This document shows positions 63,996 to 64,000 of a stretch of 64,000 nucleotides of DNA, one piece after another. The notes under the pieces were generated by a model. The model did not search any database, was not told the origin of the DNA, and saw nothing but the letters and a program-made list of their open reading frames with translations. Source of the DNA: Nitrospirota bacterium. Its GTDB lineage: Bacteria; Nitrospirota; UBA9217. The stretch lies in contig CAWCKW010000012.1 in assembly GCA_963796285.1 (NCBI GenBank), positions 576,001-640,000 of the forward strand. The letters run 5' to 3'. Made by a program: the position numbers and the translations under genes. The first letter of the stretch is position 1. Each line of letters begins with the position of its first letter.

Positions 63996-64000
63996 GCCTT

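Overview
Bacterial chromosomal window, mostly housekeeping genes with a few accessory blocks. Gene repertoire and order suggest Nitrospirota or a deltaproteobacteria-like anaerobe (inference only). In order: dnaB 3' end; a sigma54-driven type IV minor-pilin/PilY1 cluster followed by a decayed IS30 and a pilin remnant; maf; an atypical LuxR regulator followed by an unannotated, strongly structured ~230-nt RNA candidate; hisS, pgm, eno; HD-GYP and PilB; glgP, fdhD; a NikR-controlled ECF nickel-uptake operon; rib-nusB; purB-purF; tRNA-Phe; TPR-roadblock-aroQ-pepP-efp-accBC-thiE-livKH-purH; patatin; PhoU-like; MgtE-N plus NRAMP; queC; a Crp/Fnr module with two operator boxes; and coaE. About 20 single-base indels break genes, many of them essential (densest at 47-53 kb and 58.8-60.8 kb). 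These are most likely long-read errors and they create false fusions in the ORF track. Intergenic gaps, and two coding loops, carry hairpin elements built from 7-, 8- or 9-nt tandem units. No CRISPR array, rRNA, prophage or reverse transcriptase was seen. Family names come from motif recognition by eye, not from database searches.
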